Assembly: GCA_963753345.1 (NCBI GenBank)
Contig: CAVWBU010000047.1
Span: forward strand, 64,001 to 128,000
Source: an uncultured Fibrobacterota bacterium
GTDB taxonomy: Bacteria; Fibrobacterota; Chitinivibrionia; Chitinivibrionales; FEN-1185
DNA length: 64,000 nt
Direction: 5' to 3'
The notes beneath the pieces are model-generated. The model was not told the origin of the DNA. It ran no database searches and saw nothing but the letters and a program-made list of their open reading frames with translations. Both the position numbers and the translations under genes were made by a program. Below are positions 22,107-33,651 of the stretch, in pieces (the first letter of the stretch is position 1; the number at the start of each line of letters is the position of its first letter).

Positions 22107-23257
22107 CTAGAGCCTTCTTATCGCCATCATCGTAATATCATCCGACTGCTCGACATCACCCACATACTTCGCCAGTTCCGCCTCTATTCTCATCAGCAGC
22201 GTCCGCGCGTTCTGCGGTTTTGAATCAAAAATCGGAACAAGCCGCTCCCTGCCGAAAAGCTCTTCCGCGGCGTTTTTCGCCTCGATCACGCCGTCGGTAT
22301 AGGCGAGCAGCATGTCTCCTCGGGAAAGAATCGCCTCCCTCACCACATAGTCCGGCTCCGGAACAATGCCGAGCGCGGGGCCGCACAACCGGAGCGACGT
22401 GACCGCGCCGCCGGGCGAGAGGATCACGGGCGGATAATGTCCCGCCGCAATGTAGCGCAGGCCGCCTTCCCTGGTGTCAAGAACGCCGAACAGAAGGGTG
22501 GTGAACAGATAGCTTTTCTTGAGGCGGTGGTGCCGCGTGAGGTAGCTGTTGGTGAGCGTCACCGCATCCAGGATGTCGGCGTCGCCCTTGGCCTGCTCGG
22601 AAAAGGCGCGCATAAGGCTGCGCACAAGCGCCATGAACAGCGCCGCGCCCACGCCCTTGCCGCACACGTCCGCGATCATGAAGCAGAGCCTGTTGTCGCC
22701 GAGCATGAACGCGTCATAGAAATCGCCCGCCACCTCGAAGGCGGGCGCGAACGACGCCTTCACTTCCCAGCCCTCGGGCTGCGGAAGCTGCCTCGGGCAG
22801 GAAATCCGCCTGGATCTGGCGGCCCAGCTCCAGCTCGTGCTTGACATGGAGCATATACTCCTGCTCCTGGTCGCGCAGCCGTTTCTTTTCGAGCGAGGCC
22901 GAGACGCGCGCGTTGAGAATCACCCTGTTGACGGGCTTGTACAGAGTAATCCTCGGCGCCGAGTTCGATGCATTTCACCACGTTGTCGATGTCGTCGATG
23001 GCAGAGACCACGATGACCGGAACATGGCGGAGCGTTTCGTCGTCCTTGAGCCGCGAGAGCGTCTCGATGCCGCCCATCACGGGCATCATGATGTCGAGCA
23101 GGATGCAGTCAAATTGACTTTTGACAATCATGGCGAGCGCCTCCGCGCCGTTCGACGCGGCCGCGGTGGCGTGTCCCTGGCGGGACAGGAGACGGCAGAG
23201 AAGCTCGCGGTTGTCCGGAATGTCGTCCACGACGAGGATACGCGCCTGTTGGGTCAT
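22107..23257 (-). CDS. Response regulator fused to PP2C/SpoIIE (RsbU-like) phosphatase; frameshifted
   Basis: ILVVDD, LLDIMMP receiver; ELELGRQIQ coiled coil; VAGDFYD, IADVCGKG, YTDGV, SDDIT. Confidence 0.9.
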
Positions 23258-23632
23258 GACGGGCCGCCTTTGCGGATAAGGGTTTCCATCGCGGCAATGA
23301 GCCGGTCGAATTCCAGGGGCTTTGTCTCGTACCGGTCGCAGCCCGCCGCAAGGCCGCGGCTCTTGTCTTCGGCCATGGCGTGCGCGGTGAGCGCGACCAC
23401 CGGGATGGCCGCGGTGGCGGGCGACGCCTTGAGCCGGCGGGTGGCTTCCCATCCGTCAAGAACAGGGAGGCCCATGTCCATAATGACAAGGTCGGGCTGC
23501 CGCTTTTTTGCCAGGTCCACGCCCGTTGCGCCGTCGGCCGCCGTGATCACCTCATAGCCCTTTCGCGCAAGCCTGCGCGAGAGCATGTCGGCGTCGAGGG
23601 GATTATCTTCGATGATCAGGACAAGCGGCCAT
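23254..23632 (-). CDS. Single-domain response regulator (DivK-like)
   Basis: LIIEDN, PDLVIMDMGLP, VVALTAHAM, ETKP; start uncertain (likely indel at ATG 23632). Confidence 0.9.
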
Positions 23633-23760
23633 GATATTATCCTTTGCAACACGAGAAAGAATTGGGCGCCCCGCTGCTGTGCAGCGGCGACCCCAAAGAA
23701 GCATGAGCAGGCACATGACAAAATGAGAATGATTGGAAGTCGGATCATGGCTGATTTCAC

Positions 23761-24387
23761 CTAAAAGATGTCCAAAATGGCGGATAGGCCGATCATGATT
23801 TCAAACCAGTTCGTGCCGAAATCTGCTTCTCCCAAATTCCGGATGGTGTTAGTACTGTCGTTTTGATCAATGGTCACTCTATTGATGGACGAGCCAGTTG
23901 AATGTCCTAAATAATCCATATCAATTTGAATCCTGAAATAATTGTTCACACGGTATCCGAAGGCGACTGTCGTCCCAAAACCAGATTGAAAAGATTCAGT
24001 ATTATTCGGCCAATACAGAATGCCCAGGGAATACGATAAGTAAAGGTTGCTGAATTTCTGGCTTGGAGCCACCATACTCGCCACGGCAACATAAGATAAT
24101 TGCTGAAATCGCTCGTAGGAACGGTTGCTCCACATCATGAAATGAGAATAGCGTAGAAAGAGCGAAAAACGGGGATTGATTTCCAGGCCCATGTCAAGCG
24201 ACGGAATGAGCGACCCTTTTGAAAACGGACCCGCGCGGGAAGTAGAATCAAATTCGCTCCAGTATTCCCAAGAAAGCGCATACGCCCCTTCCGCGCCGAT
24301 ATCCAACCTGAATTTCGGTATGAAATGCTCCTTTGAAAAGCACAGGCAGGCACATGACAAAATGAGAATGATTGTTAGCCGGTTCAT
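23761..24387 (-). CDS. Putative outer-membrane beta-barrel protein, AT-rich
   Basis: Signal peptide, alternating aromatic beta strands, C-terminal Phe. Confidence 0.6.
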   Translation of the reverse strand: MNRLTIILILSCACLCFSKEHFIPKFRLDIGAEGAYALSWEYWSEFDSTSRAGPFSKGSLIPSLDMGLEINPRFSLFLRYSHFMMWSNRSYERFQQLSYVAVASMVAPSQKFSNLYLSYSLGILYWPNNTESFQSGFGTTVAFGYRVNNYFRIQIDMDYLGHSTGSSINRVTIDQNDSTNTIRNLGEADFGTNWFEIMIGLSAILDIF

Positions 24388-24604
24388 GGCGAATTCCAAT
24401 AAATCAATATCGGACAAACAGGATACTGCCCCGTTGACAGCCTCCCCGGGGGGAGGTTGGTGGGGCGATACAATAAGCATTTTGTCATTTCATTTCTTAA
24501 GGGTATGGTAATGGTGCTTCGCACCTTCTATTATGTCTTTTCCCCTTTCCTTACGGGGTTTTAGGGGCGGAGCCCCTACCATATCTTGGTTTTGTATTGA
24601 TATC

Positions 24605-27229
24605 TTAATTGGTATTCTCCTCCGGTTCTTCTTTGTTTTCCACCCTCACCGGCAGCATAATCACAAACTCCGACCCTTTCCCGGGCTCGCTCGACACCGT
24701 GATGTCGCCGCCCATGAGCCTGCACAGGCTCCGCGAAATGGCGAGCCCGAGTCCCGTGCCGCCGTAAGTCCGCGCGGTCGACGAGTCGCCCTGGGCGAAC
24801 GCGGCGAACACGCTTTCGGCCTGCTCCTGCGTCATGCCGATGCCGGTGTCGCTTATCGAAATCCTGTACCACTCCTTTCCCTCCCGCCATTCGCGGCCGG
24901 CAAAAAGCCGCACCTCTCCTTCCTTGGTGAACTTGGCCGCGTTGCTCAGGATGTTGATCGCTATCTGCCGTACTTTAGTACTGTCGCCGTACATGACGCC
25001 CACGGTTTCCTCGCAGCCGGTGACAAGCGTAATGGAGCGGCCGACAATCTGCGGCCGCACCGCGTCGGCCGCGCCGTTCAAAACGAGCGGCAGATCGAAT
25101 TCCTCCAGATACAGGCTCATCTTCCCGGCCTCGATTTTGGAAAGGTCGAGAATGTCGTTGACAATTGCGCGAAGGTGGACGCCGGCCGCGCTGACCTTGT
25201 CGAGGTCGGCGGCAAGCTGCGCGTCGTTCTTTCCCGCCGCGTCTTCGGCGAGCATTTCGCTGTATCCCACGATGGCGTTGAGCGGCGTACGCAGCTCGTG
25301 GCTCATGCTGGCGAGGAAAACGCTTTTCGACCTGTTGGCGGTCTCGGCCGCCTCCTTGGCCTTGGACAGCTCGATCTCGGTCTCTTTTCTCTGGAACACC
25401 TCCGATTCGAGCCGGCGGTTGGCGAGCGCGAGGTCGCTCGTCTGGTCGTGGACTTTCTTCACGAGAATCGACGCGTTGAGCGCCGCGGAGATCTGTTCCG
25501 ACAGGATGGCAAAAAGGTGCAGCTGCATGAAGCCGGCCTCGAGAAGCAGGAAGCCGAGCAGGTCGTCGCCCGCAGAAAGAGGAACGGCGATCATGGAGAA
25601 CGGCTGCTCAAAGCGGAGAAGGCCCGGAGGAAAAAGCTGCTGCGCGGGAAAGGAAAGCCCGTGGGGCGGATACGTCTCGGTCCTGCCGCCTTCAAACGAC
25701 AGCACGAGGACCAGACCCGGCGGTCGCGGTCGCTCAAGCGCGCTCGGCCCTATAAGCGATGCGGCGATTTCCTCGCACAGCACCACGTGTCCGCGGGGAA
25801 TGCCCAGCTCCCAGAGGCCCCGGGCCGTTTCGTCGAGAAGACGGCCGGGGTCGAACGTGGTGAGCAGGGTGTGCGCTATGGCGCTAATGATTGACATCAG
25901 GGACTCTTCCCGGAGCTTTGCGAAACCCTGGGCGCGGCGGGCGCTCTCGGCGATCATGGTGGTGCCGCGCTGGAGCAGGTCTTCGGCGACGAGCGCCTCC
26001 GCCGGCGAAAGGATGGTCCTCGCGCTGGAGCGCAGGGCCCACAGCGCATCGTGCCACGCCAGGACATTTTCCCCTTTTTCAAGCGTGGCCTGCAGCGCTT
26101 CGTCGAGGACCTGCAAAAAGACGTTGGAGAGCTTTCCCTTTGTGTCAACAAAGAACGCCTTGAAGAGCCTGGCCGCGAGTTCCTTGCGGAACGTCGCCAG
26201 ATGGTCCTGCGGCGACGCCTCGGTGACCGCTGCGGCCATCTCGGTGACGATGCGCTCCTTTGCGGCCCGAAACGAGCCTTCGGTCCGGTGTTTCTCCGGT
26301 ATCGCATGGCGCTCGTGGATCTTCTGCAGGTTCGCGCCGAACGGACACCCGCACGATTGACGGAGTATCATGGCGGAAGCAAGAAAGACCCTGCGCGACA
26401 CCGCTTTGCCCGCAATGAGATCAAGCACCATGTCCGCGGCCTGGCTGCCGATGTTGTAGAGCGGCTGGCGCACCGTGGTGAGCGGCGGCGACACGAAACT
26501 GCACTCTTCGATGTCGCCGAAGCCCGTGACGGCAATGTCGTACGGCACGCGCAGGCCGCGCGCCGCAAGCCCTGCAAGGGCGCCGAGCGCCATCTCGTCG
26601 TTTGCCGCGACGACGGCTTCAAACTCGATGCGCCATTTGTCAAGCATCACCGACACGGCGCGCTCGCCGGAACGCCTCGACCAGTCGCCCTGCGCCACGC
26701 GCTTGGGATCGGCCGCAAGTCCGTATTCGGTGAGCGTGTCGAGGAACACCCGGAACCGGAGCTCGGCGCCGGGGTTATCAACGGGCCCGCGGATAAACGC
26801 GATCCGCTTGAAACGGTGTTCGTGGAGCAGGTGACGCATGAGGTCGCGGAATCCCGATTCCTTGTCGACAAACACGGCCGGCATGTCGCCGAGCGCCTGA
26901 TCGATGCTCACCACGGGTTTGGGCAGATATCGGCTGTACACGCTCATGAACTCTTCGGGGGACACATACGTGCCGAGTGTGCCGGATATGATCAGGCCGT
27001 CAACGTCCGCAGGGCTCACATGGTAGAACAGGGGGGAGGTTGACCCGGCCGGGCCGGTCGGAACTTTTTCTGAGACCTGGCCCGGTATGCAAATCATGCT
27101 TGCCCCGCGCTGGCGCGCGGCATCGGCGGCCCCGAAAAACAGTCCGGCCTGGTACGCAATCGGGACGTCTTCCAGAAACAGCCCGATCAGCGGATGACGT
27201 TTCCTGTCTTTGTGGACTTGCCTGGTCAT
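24605..27229 (-). CDS. Cytoplasmic histidine kinase with N-terminal LacI-type sugar-binding domain
   Basis: RIAFIRGP, VAANDEMALG, VPYDIAVTGF, PPLTTVRQP, RQSCGC; MSHELRTPLN, N/G1/F/G2 boxes; no HTH or TM segment. Confidence 0.92.
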   Translation of the reverse strand: MTRQVHKDRKRHPLIGLFLEDVPIAYQAGLFFGAADAARQRGASMICIPGQVSEKVPTGPAGSTSPLFYHVSPADVDGLIISGTLGTYVSPEEFMSVYSRYLPKPVVSIDQALGDMPAVFVDKESGFRDLMRHLLHEHRFKRIAFIRGPVDNPGAELRFRVFLDTLTEYGLAADPKRVAQGDWSRRSGERAVSVMLDKWRIEFEAVVAANDEMALGALAGLAARGLRVPYDIAVTGFGDIEECSFVSPPLTTVRQPLYNIGSQAADMVLDLIAGKAVSRRVFLASAMILRQSCGCPFGANLQKIHERHAIPEKHRTEGSFRAAKERIVTEMAAAVTEASPQDHLATFRKELAARLFKAFFVDTKGKLSNVFLQVLDEALQATLEKGENVLAWHDALWALRSSARTILSPAEALVAEDLLQRGTTMIAESARRAQGFAKLREESLMSIISAIAHTLLTTFDPGRLLDETARGLWELGIPRGHVVLCEEIAASLIGPSALERPRPPGLVLVLSFEGGRTETYPPHGLSFPAQQLFPPGLLRFEQPFSMIAVPLSAGDDLLGFLLLEAGFMQLHLFAILSEQISAALNASILVKKVHDQTSDLALANRRLESEVFQRKETEIELSKAKEAAETANRSKSVFLASMSHELRTPLNAIVGYSEMLAEDAAGKNDAQLAADLDKVSAAGVHLRAIVNDILDLSKIEAGKMSLYLEEFDLPLVLNGAADAVRPQIVGRSITLVTGCEETVGVMYGDSTKVRQIAINILSNAAKFTKEGEVRLFAGREWREGKEWYRISISDTGIGMTQEQAESVFAAFAQGDSSTARTYGGTGLGLAISRSLCRLMGGDITVSSEPGKGSEFVIMLPVRVENKEEPEENTN

Positions 27230-27373
27230 TGCTTGCCGCTCTGCGGTTGCGTGCGGGTGCGCGCGGGCGAGCGGCGGGTGTTCACGCTTGTGTGGGGATT
27301 ACTCCGAATAAACCCGCCGCAGGGAATCTGCCAATAGTATACCAATACGGCAGCCTTGGAGAGAAGCGCAATG

Positions 27374-28126
27374 TTAGAGCGCAAAAACATCCCTGAGCAG
27401 ATGTCTCCCGCCGTCAACGAAAATGATTTCGCCGGTGATAAACGGGCTTAAGGCAAGAAACAGAACCGCCCGTGCGATGTCGTCGGCGCTGCCGTGCATT
27501 CTGAGCGGAACCCTGGCTGCGAGCGAATCAAGGTAGGCCTCGGTTTTTCCCGCGGGCGGGAGAATAAGGCCGGGCGCCACGCCGTTGACGCGGATGCGGG
27601 GCGCGAACTCCAATGCGCAGATTTTCGTGAGCGCTGCCAGGAGGTGTTTCGAAAGAATGTAGGCGGCGTGGGTTGCGTCGCGGCCCGCGATCCGCGCATC
27701 GAGCAGGTTCACGATACAGCCCTTTTTCGCGGTTGTTGCAAACGCCCTTGAAAGACACAGCGGCGCCCAGGCGTTAGCGCCGATATGCTCCGTCATGTCG
27801 CGCAGGGTGATGCGCGACAGCGCGCCCTCGCGGAACAGCGAAGCGTTGTTCACCAGAAGAGACAGCGTGTTTGCGCTCAGGGAATTTGCCGTGCGGATGA
27901 GCGACCGGCAGCCCGTGGGGCTGCCGAGAGCGCCGCCGCAGGCCCATGCCCGGACGCCGCGGCTTTCGAGCTCGCGCGCAAGGCGCAGCGCCTCGGATCT
28001 TGATTTCCGGTAATGGACCACGACGTTCATCCCGGCCGCGGCGCACGCAAGCGCAATGGCCCGCCCCACGCGCCGCGCTCCTCCCGTGATGAGCGCGGTT
28101 GCATTTGTAAAGGATTGTCCGGCCAT
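27374..28126 (-). CDS. SDR oxidoreductase, pteridine reductase/FolM-like
   Basis: ALITGGARRVG, LVNNAS, YILSK, VNGVAPG, ITGEIIFVDGG. Confidence 0.9.
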   Translation of the reverse strand: MAGQSFTNATALITGGARRVGRAIALACAAAGMNVVVHYRKSRSEALRLARELESRGVRAWACGGALGSPTGCRSLIRTANSLSANTLSLLVNNASLFREGALSRITLRDMTEHIGANAWAPLCLSRAFATTAKKGCIVNLLDARIAGRDATHAAYILSKHLLAALTKICALEFAPRIRVNGVAPGLILPPAGKTEAYLDSLAARVPLRMHGSADDIARAVLFLALSPFITGEIIFVDGGRHLLRDVFAL

Positions 28127-28132
28127 GGAACG

Positions 28133-28732
28133 CTACCTGGTTGCTGGCCCCGCTGCGGTGTCGGCCGGCTGGCCCGGCTGCCGTGCGGGTGCGGCCGGCT
28201 GCGGGGGTTGCTGCGCCTGCGGAACGGATTGTTCCTGCTTTTCGGGCGGCTGCGCGGTCTGCTTCGGTTCCGTGGCGGGAGAGGCCGCAGCGGGCGCCCG
28301 CTTCTGCACGGGAGGTTCCGCGGACTCGTTCTCGTCCCTGTTCGCGGATGATTTCTGTTTCTTCTTGTAGCGGGTGATGTCGAAGTAATAGAAGTGTTTC
28401 TCCCCGACCTTGGGTATCTCCACCTGGACCATGTCGTAGGTTCTCCCGCTGTCAACGACCGTGGTCTTCTCCACGAGCCGCCAGTCCTTGTCCTTTATTC
28501 CCCAGGAACTCGAGATGAATCCGTCTTCGGCGTTCACCGCCTCGGTATAGTCCTTGCCTCCGGTGATTTTCACGGCCGTTTCATAGGAATCGCCGAGGCC
28601 TCCGGACGCGCGGGCGGATTCGGACTTCTTCACCGGATTTTCGCCTTTGCCCATGGTCTGCCTCGAAAGGCATCCGGCAACGGCCAGCGCGCAGGCAACG
28701 CAAATCGACAATCGGAAGAAAAGGGGTTTCAT
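28133..28732 (-). CDS. Lipoprotein with Pro/Gln/Ala-rich tail
   Basis: Lipobox VAGC; GDSYETAV...YYFDIT domain; low-complexity C-terminus. Confidence 0.75.
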   Translation of the reverse strand: MKPLFFRLSICVACALAVAGCLSRQTMGKGENPVKKSESARASGGLGDSYETAVKITGGKDYTEAVNAEDGFISSSWGIKDKDWRLVEKTTVVDSGRTYDMVQVEIPKVGEKHFYYFDITRYKKKQKSSANRDENESAEPPVQKRAPAAASPATEPKQTAQPPEKQEQSVPQAQQPPQPAAPARQPGQPADTAAGPATR

Positions 28733-28830
28733 CCAGTCCTCCTTTAATCCATGGTCAGTATCTAAATAAAATAGATTTCCACGCTGCGTAAAGCCAATAT
28801 TGCGTTGGTAGATATAATTACAAGAGCCCT

Positions 28831-28924
28831 TGGGCGTTCCCCTCGCCTTCGCTATCGCTCAGGCTCGGGTCGGTTCTCCCTCCGGTCGCCCCTACCGCGC
28901 GGCAGAGGAAGTCTTGTCAGTCAA
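28831..28924 (+). repeat. Family A element, minimal copy A7
   Basis: TGGGCGTTCCCCTCG...GCTCGGGTCGGTTCTCCCTCCGGTCGCCCCTACCGC-N21-GTCAA. Confidence 0.8.
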
Positions 28925-29014
28925 CTATTTCTCCCCGCGCCAATCGGCATGCGCAATAAATCAATCCTGCTCGTTGTTGACTTTCAAACTTTTCAACGAT
29001 TCAACGTTTCAACG

Positions 29015-29150
29015 GCTCTCCATGGGTGCCCCCACAACAGAGTATGGTTTAACAACTACTTTTTCTAGGGGTGCACCCAGGAGGGGGTAGCGCAGGACAC
29101 CGCAGGCCGAAGGCCGAGGGGGCCGGAGCGAGGGGGAAACATCCCCCGCT
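29015..29150 (+). repeat. Family B element B1 (left inverted repeat of the TPR gene)
   Basis: Matches the reverse complement of 33652-33789, including 31 identical nt TTTCTAGGGGTGCACCCAGGAGGGGGTAGCG. Confidence 0.9.
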
Positions 29151-29310
29151 CATATTCTTGAATATCCTTCTTTGAAAATGCCATAACTTTTGCTGCTCTT
29201 TAGAAATCCCACATTTGCTGTTTTCATTGTGCTCTTGGGAAATCTATATTCTATGGTGCTAATAGTGCCCGGCGGAGAATAATCGTGCCGGTGTCGCGGC
29301 GAATTCTTTA

Positions 29311-32300
29311 TTGAAGGATACCTTCTTTCTCTCAACAGGATGGATCTCCATGCCTAACGATGTTTTTGCCGGACGCAGAGGATTTCTCAGGTGCTTTCGG
29401 GAAAGCCTGTTTGCCCTGGCAACGGACCAAAAGGAATCAAAAGTCAAGGTCAAGAGACAGAAGGACTTTCAGGTTTCTTTCCCCCAGCTTTTTATTGTGT
29501 GCGGCGAAGCGGGATGGGGCAAGAGCGCACTTGTGCGGCGATGCGTTGCCTTGACAGCCGAGGTTGAGGCCGAGACGAAAAAGGAGTTCAAGACGATCGT
29601 CATCGACTTTGACGACCCCCTGTTTACCCGCAACATTCTGCCGTTTACGCCCCGGATGATGGTGCAATATCTGCACGCCGTTCTTGTCGATCCGTCCCTC
29701 GGCCTGGAAGACTGTTTCTCGGAATATGCCTCCGTGGAGCAAAGGCTCGAAAAGGTGATCGCCGGCGTCAACGCGCTCCACAGGGACGAATGGCTTTCGG
29801 CGACCGAAAACAACGAGCCGGTTGATTTTACGGAAGACCCCGCTCAAAAGGCGGCCTTGCGCGCCGCCGACGCTGTGAATGGCGCATCCCCCCACGCGCG
29901 CACGGCACGGCAGGAGGCAGAGGCCGCCTTTTTGCGCTGGCTCAGGGAGAAGAAGCGTCTCCCCGAAGAGGATTGCGACCTTTTCGAAAACGCGGATTTC
30001 CGGCTCACCAAGGCTCTCGTGAGCGGGCTCCAGGCGCTCTCGGCGGATCGTCCGGTGGTGCTCGCGATTGACAATCTGGAACGCGTTGCAAACCCGCTGG
30101 TCCTCGAATGGCTCAGGTCGATGTTCTTCGGCCAGCTTTTCGAAACGAAAAACAGGGTGGCGGCAATCGTGAGCTGCCGCGACCGATTGCTCAGGTCGTA
30201 CCGCAACGGGTTTCCGGAAGAGCTCCTGTGCTCCCTCTCACCCGAGGAATTAGCGCTCTGCTCCCCGGACATCGAAGAATGCAATCAGGCGATGCGCCTC
30301 GGCCTTTCCGCGGAAACCGTGGCCGCCGTCGAAGAGGCGACGGGCGGCGTAGCCATGGTGGTCCGCGATATATTGACATATGCAAATAACGGAACCGTTC
30401 CGGCAGACCTGCTCGACGCCGCGGCAAGCGCCGAAACCATGCACGACAAGATGGCAACCGTCGTCGCGCGCTTCCTCGCCGCCCCAACGGACGAGCGCAC
30501 CAAGCGCCGCATCGTGCACCTGGCCATGCTCGGCAGAGCCGACGCGGGGCTCCTTGCCGCCCTATGGAATGTTTCCGCGTCGGAGACAAGCGCCGAAATT
30601 CTCCGGCTCTCGGAGCACTATCCGTTCGTTGAGGAAAAAGCCATGCACGACGGCGTGTCGCTGCTCCTTAGGAGACATCTCATCGGCTGGCTTGCCAAAG
30701 CTTCCTCACCGTACGCCGGCGTTATCAAGGAGTTTGGACAGGCCGCGGTTGCCTACTACAACGACCAGCTGTCCCAGCTCGCCTCAGCGACACCTGCGCC
30801 CGACAAGAGATTTGTTGATGACCGCTTTGAGGAGGCCTTGCTCGGCAGCATAAGAACCCTCCTGTGGCACGACCATGCAAAGCTCAAGGGTGTCGTTCCG
30901 GGAATTTTCCTCGAGTGTCTCCTGTACAACCAGGTCCTTGCCGGGAGGATCCTTGCCGCGGCCGAAGAATTCGCTGCCGCGCTCAAGCCCGATCTTGCCA
31001 GCCTGTTCAATTCCCTTTCCGCAGGGCTTCTCGCCGCGGAAGGCCAGCCGCTGTTCGGCGGTGAAAAACCCGCGCCGGCCGAGCTTGCCATGCTTGCGGC
31101 TCTCGAAACCGCGGCCGGCGCCCTCACCCCGCCGCAGCAGGCGATCCTCAGGCTGCGCGCGGCGTCCTGCGCCTGCAGGGAGCTCGACTACCAGCGCGCG
31201 CTCGACGAGCTTGAAAAATGCGAACATTTTGCGGACGAATCGGACCTGTTCTGCCAGGCGCTCGTGGAAGGATACTGCGGAGCGGGTAGCGCGTTCTATT
31301 CGGCCGAAAAGTACGAAATGTCAATTAAGGCGTTCGGCAAGGCCGCCGAGATCCGGCCCGGGCTGTTCGACGCATGGTACTGTCTCGGCTCTTCCTATGC
31401 CGCACTCAAGCGGCATGCTCAGGCCGAAGACTCGTTTTCAAAGGCAGCCGCGTGCAGGCCCGAAAGCTTTGAAGCGCACAACGCGCTCGCGACGGCGCGG
31501 TTCGCGCAGAAGAAATACGGGGACGCTGCGGGGTCGTACGCCAAAGCGGCCGGCCTCAACCCTGGCGAGGCCGAAACGTGGCACATGCTCGGTCTTTCGC
31601 ACGCGGCGCTGTCGCGCAGCGCCGAAGCCGTGGAGGCATACAGGAAAGCAATCGCGATCTCCGCAGGCGACGCCGCTCTCTGGTTGGACCTTGCGGAAAG
31701 CCAGGCCGCCGTGGGAAGCGCCGAAGACTCCATTGTGTCGTGCAGAAAAGCGCTCGAACTGAACCCGTCCCTTCAGAGGGCCGCCGTGCTGCTCGGCCGT
31801 CAATTGAGCACCGCAGAGAATTTTCCCGAAGCCGCAAAAGCCTTTGAAACTGCCGCCCGTCTCAGCCCGAAAGACGACAGTGTTTGGTACAGCCTCGGCT
31901 GCGCCCAGCTGGAAAGCGGGGATGCGAAAAAGGCCGTGCAATCCTTTGCAAAAGCGACCGACATCAACAAGGATTTCGCCGACGCTCACAATAAAGCGGG
32001 GCTGGCGCTTTTCAAGGAAAACGATCTTGACGGAGCGGTCGCCGCATACAAGAAAGCGGTAAAGGCCGATCCGGCGCATTTCGAAGCGTACCTCAATCTC
32101 GGCAGCGCCCACGTTGCGCGCAAGGAGCTCGAGAAGGCGCTGGCTGCGTTTACAAAGGCCGCAGACATCAAGCCGGATCTGGACGCCGCCTGGTATAATG
32201 TGGGGCTTGTCTGCAGCGACCTGGGAAGGTTCGGCGATGCCCTTGAGCCGCTTTCAAAGGCGGCGGCGCTCTCGCCCTCCAAACAGGAGATATGGACGGC

Positions 32301-33628
32301 GAAGGGCCTTGCGCTCGGCAAGCTTGACAAAAACGAAGATGCGGCGGGTTGTTTTGCAAAGGCGGCGGAGCTTTCCCCGCAGTCCTTCGACGCGTGGTAC
32401 AGGCTCGGCTGCGCGCTGGAAAGCTCAACAAAATACGGCGAGGCGGTTGATGCGTTTGCAAAGGCCTCGGGGCTTTCGCCCCGCGCTGCAGACGCATGGC
32501 ATCATCTCGGCCTTGCTCACGCGGCACTCGGGCAGCACGACCGGGCAATTGCCGCCTTCGGCAAGGCGGTTGCAATCGACCCATCGGCGGGCGAAACATG
32601 GCACCTTCTCGGAGTTTCAAATCAGCAGGACGGCCGTTTTGAGGAAGCGGTGAGCGCCTTTCGCGAGGCGGCAAAACTGCTGCCCTCCAAGCAGGAATCG
32701 TGGCACGGCGCCGGGCTGTGCAGTTATTACTTGAACAAGTATGACGATGCCATTGAGCTTCTTTCCAAGGCGAAGGATCTTTCTCCGGACGCCAAGGAAA
32801 CGCTGTATACGCTCGGGCTATCCTACCACGCAAAAAGCGACTATGCTCAGGCCGCGGCCTTGTACCGCCAGACCCTGGAGCTGGCGCCCGACATGGCAAA
32901 CGCCCGCATGAACCTTGCGCTGTCGCTTCACGCCCTCAAGCGCTACGAGGAGGCCGTGGCAGTGTATAGGAAGATTGCCGAAGAACAGCCAGCAAACGCC
33001 GACGTGTGGTACAACATGGGATTGGCCTGCGAAGCCCAGGGCGGCAGCGAAGAGGCCGTTTCCGCCTACGCAAAAGCGGCGGAACTCGCGCCGGACAAGA
33101 TCGCTGCGTGGACCGGCATGGGAACCATCCAGATCTCGCTCGAACGGTATGCCGACGCAATTGCGTCGTTCACCAAGGCAGTCGGGCTTCAAAGCGACAA
33201 TGCCGACGCCTGGGCGAACATCGCCCGTGCCTCGTACTATGTCGGCCGCTTCGACGAGGCCGTCGCGGCATACGCAAAAGTCAATGAGCTCAGGCCGGGC
33301 GACGCGGCCGCATGGGGCGGCCTCGGCCTCACCTACTATACAATGGGGAATTATCCGAAGGCCATCGAGGCGAGCGAGAAGGCGATTGCGATAAAGCCGG
33401 ACGAGCTCTGGATCCAGGTCAACCTTGCACTGGCCGCGGTCATGGCGCTCAACCTCGACAAGGCAAAATCGGCGTTCGGGAAGATTATCGAGCTCGCAAA
33501 AACGCCGAACGGATCTGCTGCACCCCATTGCCAACCTCAAGGAGCTTGTCGCGCGGAATCCGAACCTGGGGCCCGCGAGGGAGATACTTGCGAAACTGGA
33601 AGAGGCGTGGAAAAAATTGAAAAAATGA
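29311..33628 (+). CDS. Large P-loop NTPase + TPR-repeat protein (STAND-like); probable frameshift near 33510
   Basis: Walker A GEAGWGKS, Walker B VVLAIDNLE, then roughly 20 or more TPR units (AWYxLG...EAxxAFxKA). Confidence 0.85.
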
Positions 33629-33651
33629 CTCCCTAAGGGTAACCTGTTTTA

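Noticed and set aside
24533-26360. Long antisense ORFs (also 36202-37758, 38804-40438, 44607-46520, 59764-60948)
   Set aside because: Shadow frames of GC-rich genes with no recognisable motifs.
31300-33480. Periodic nucleotide similarity
   Set aside because: Explained by TPR coding repeats.
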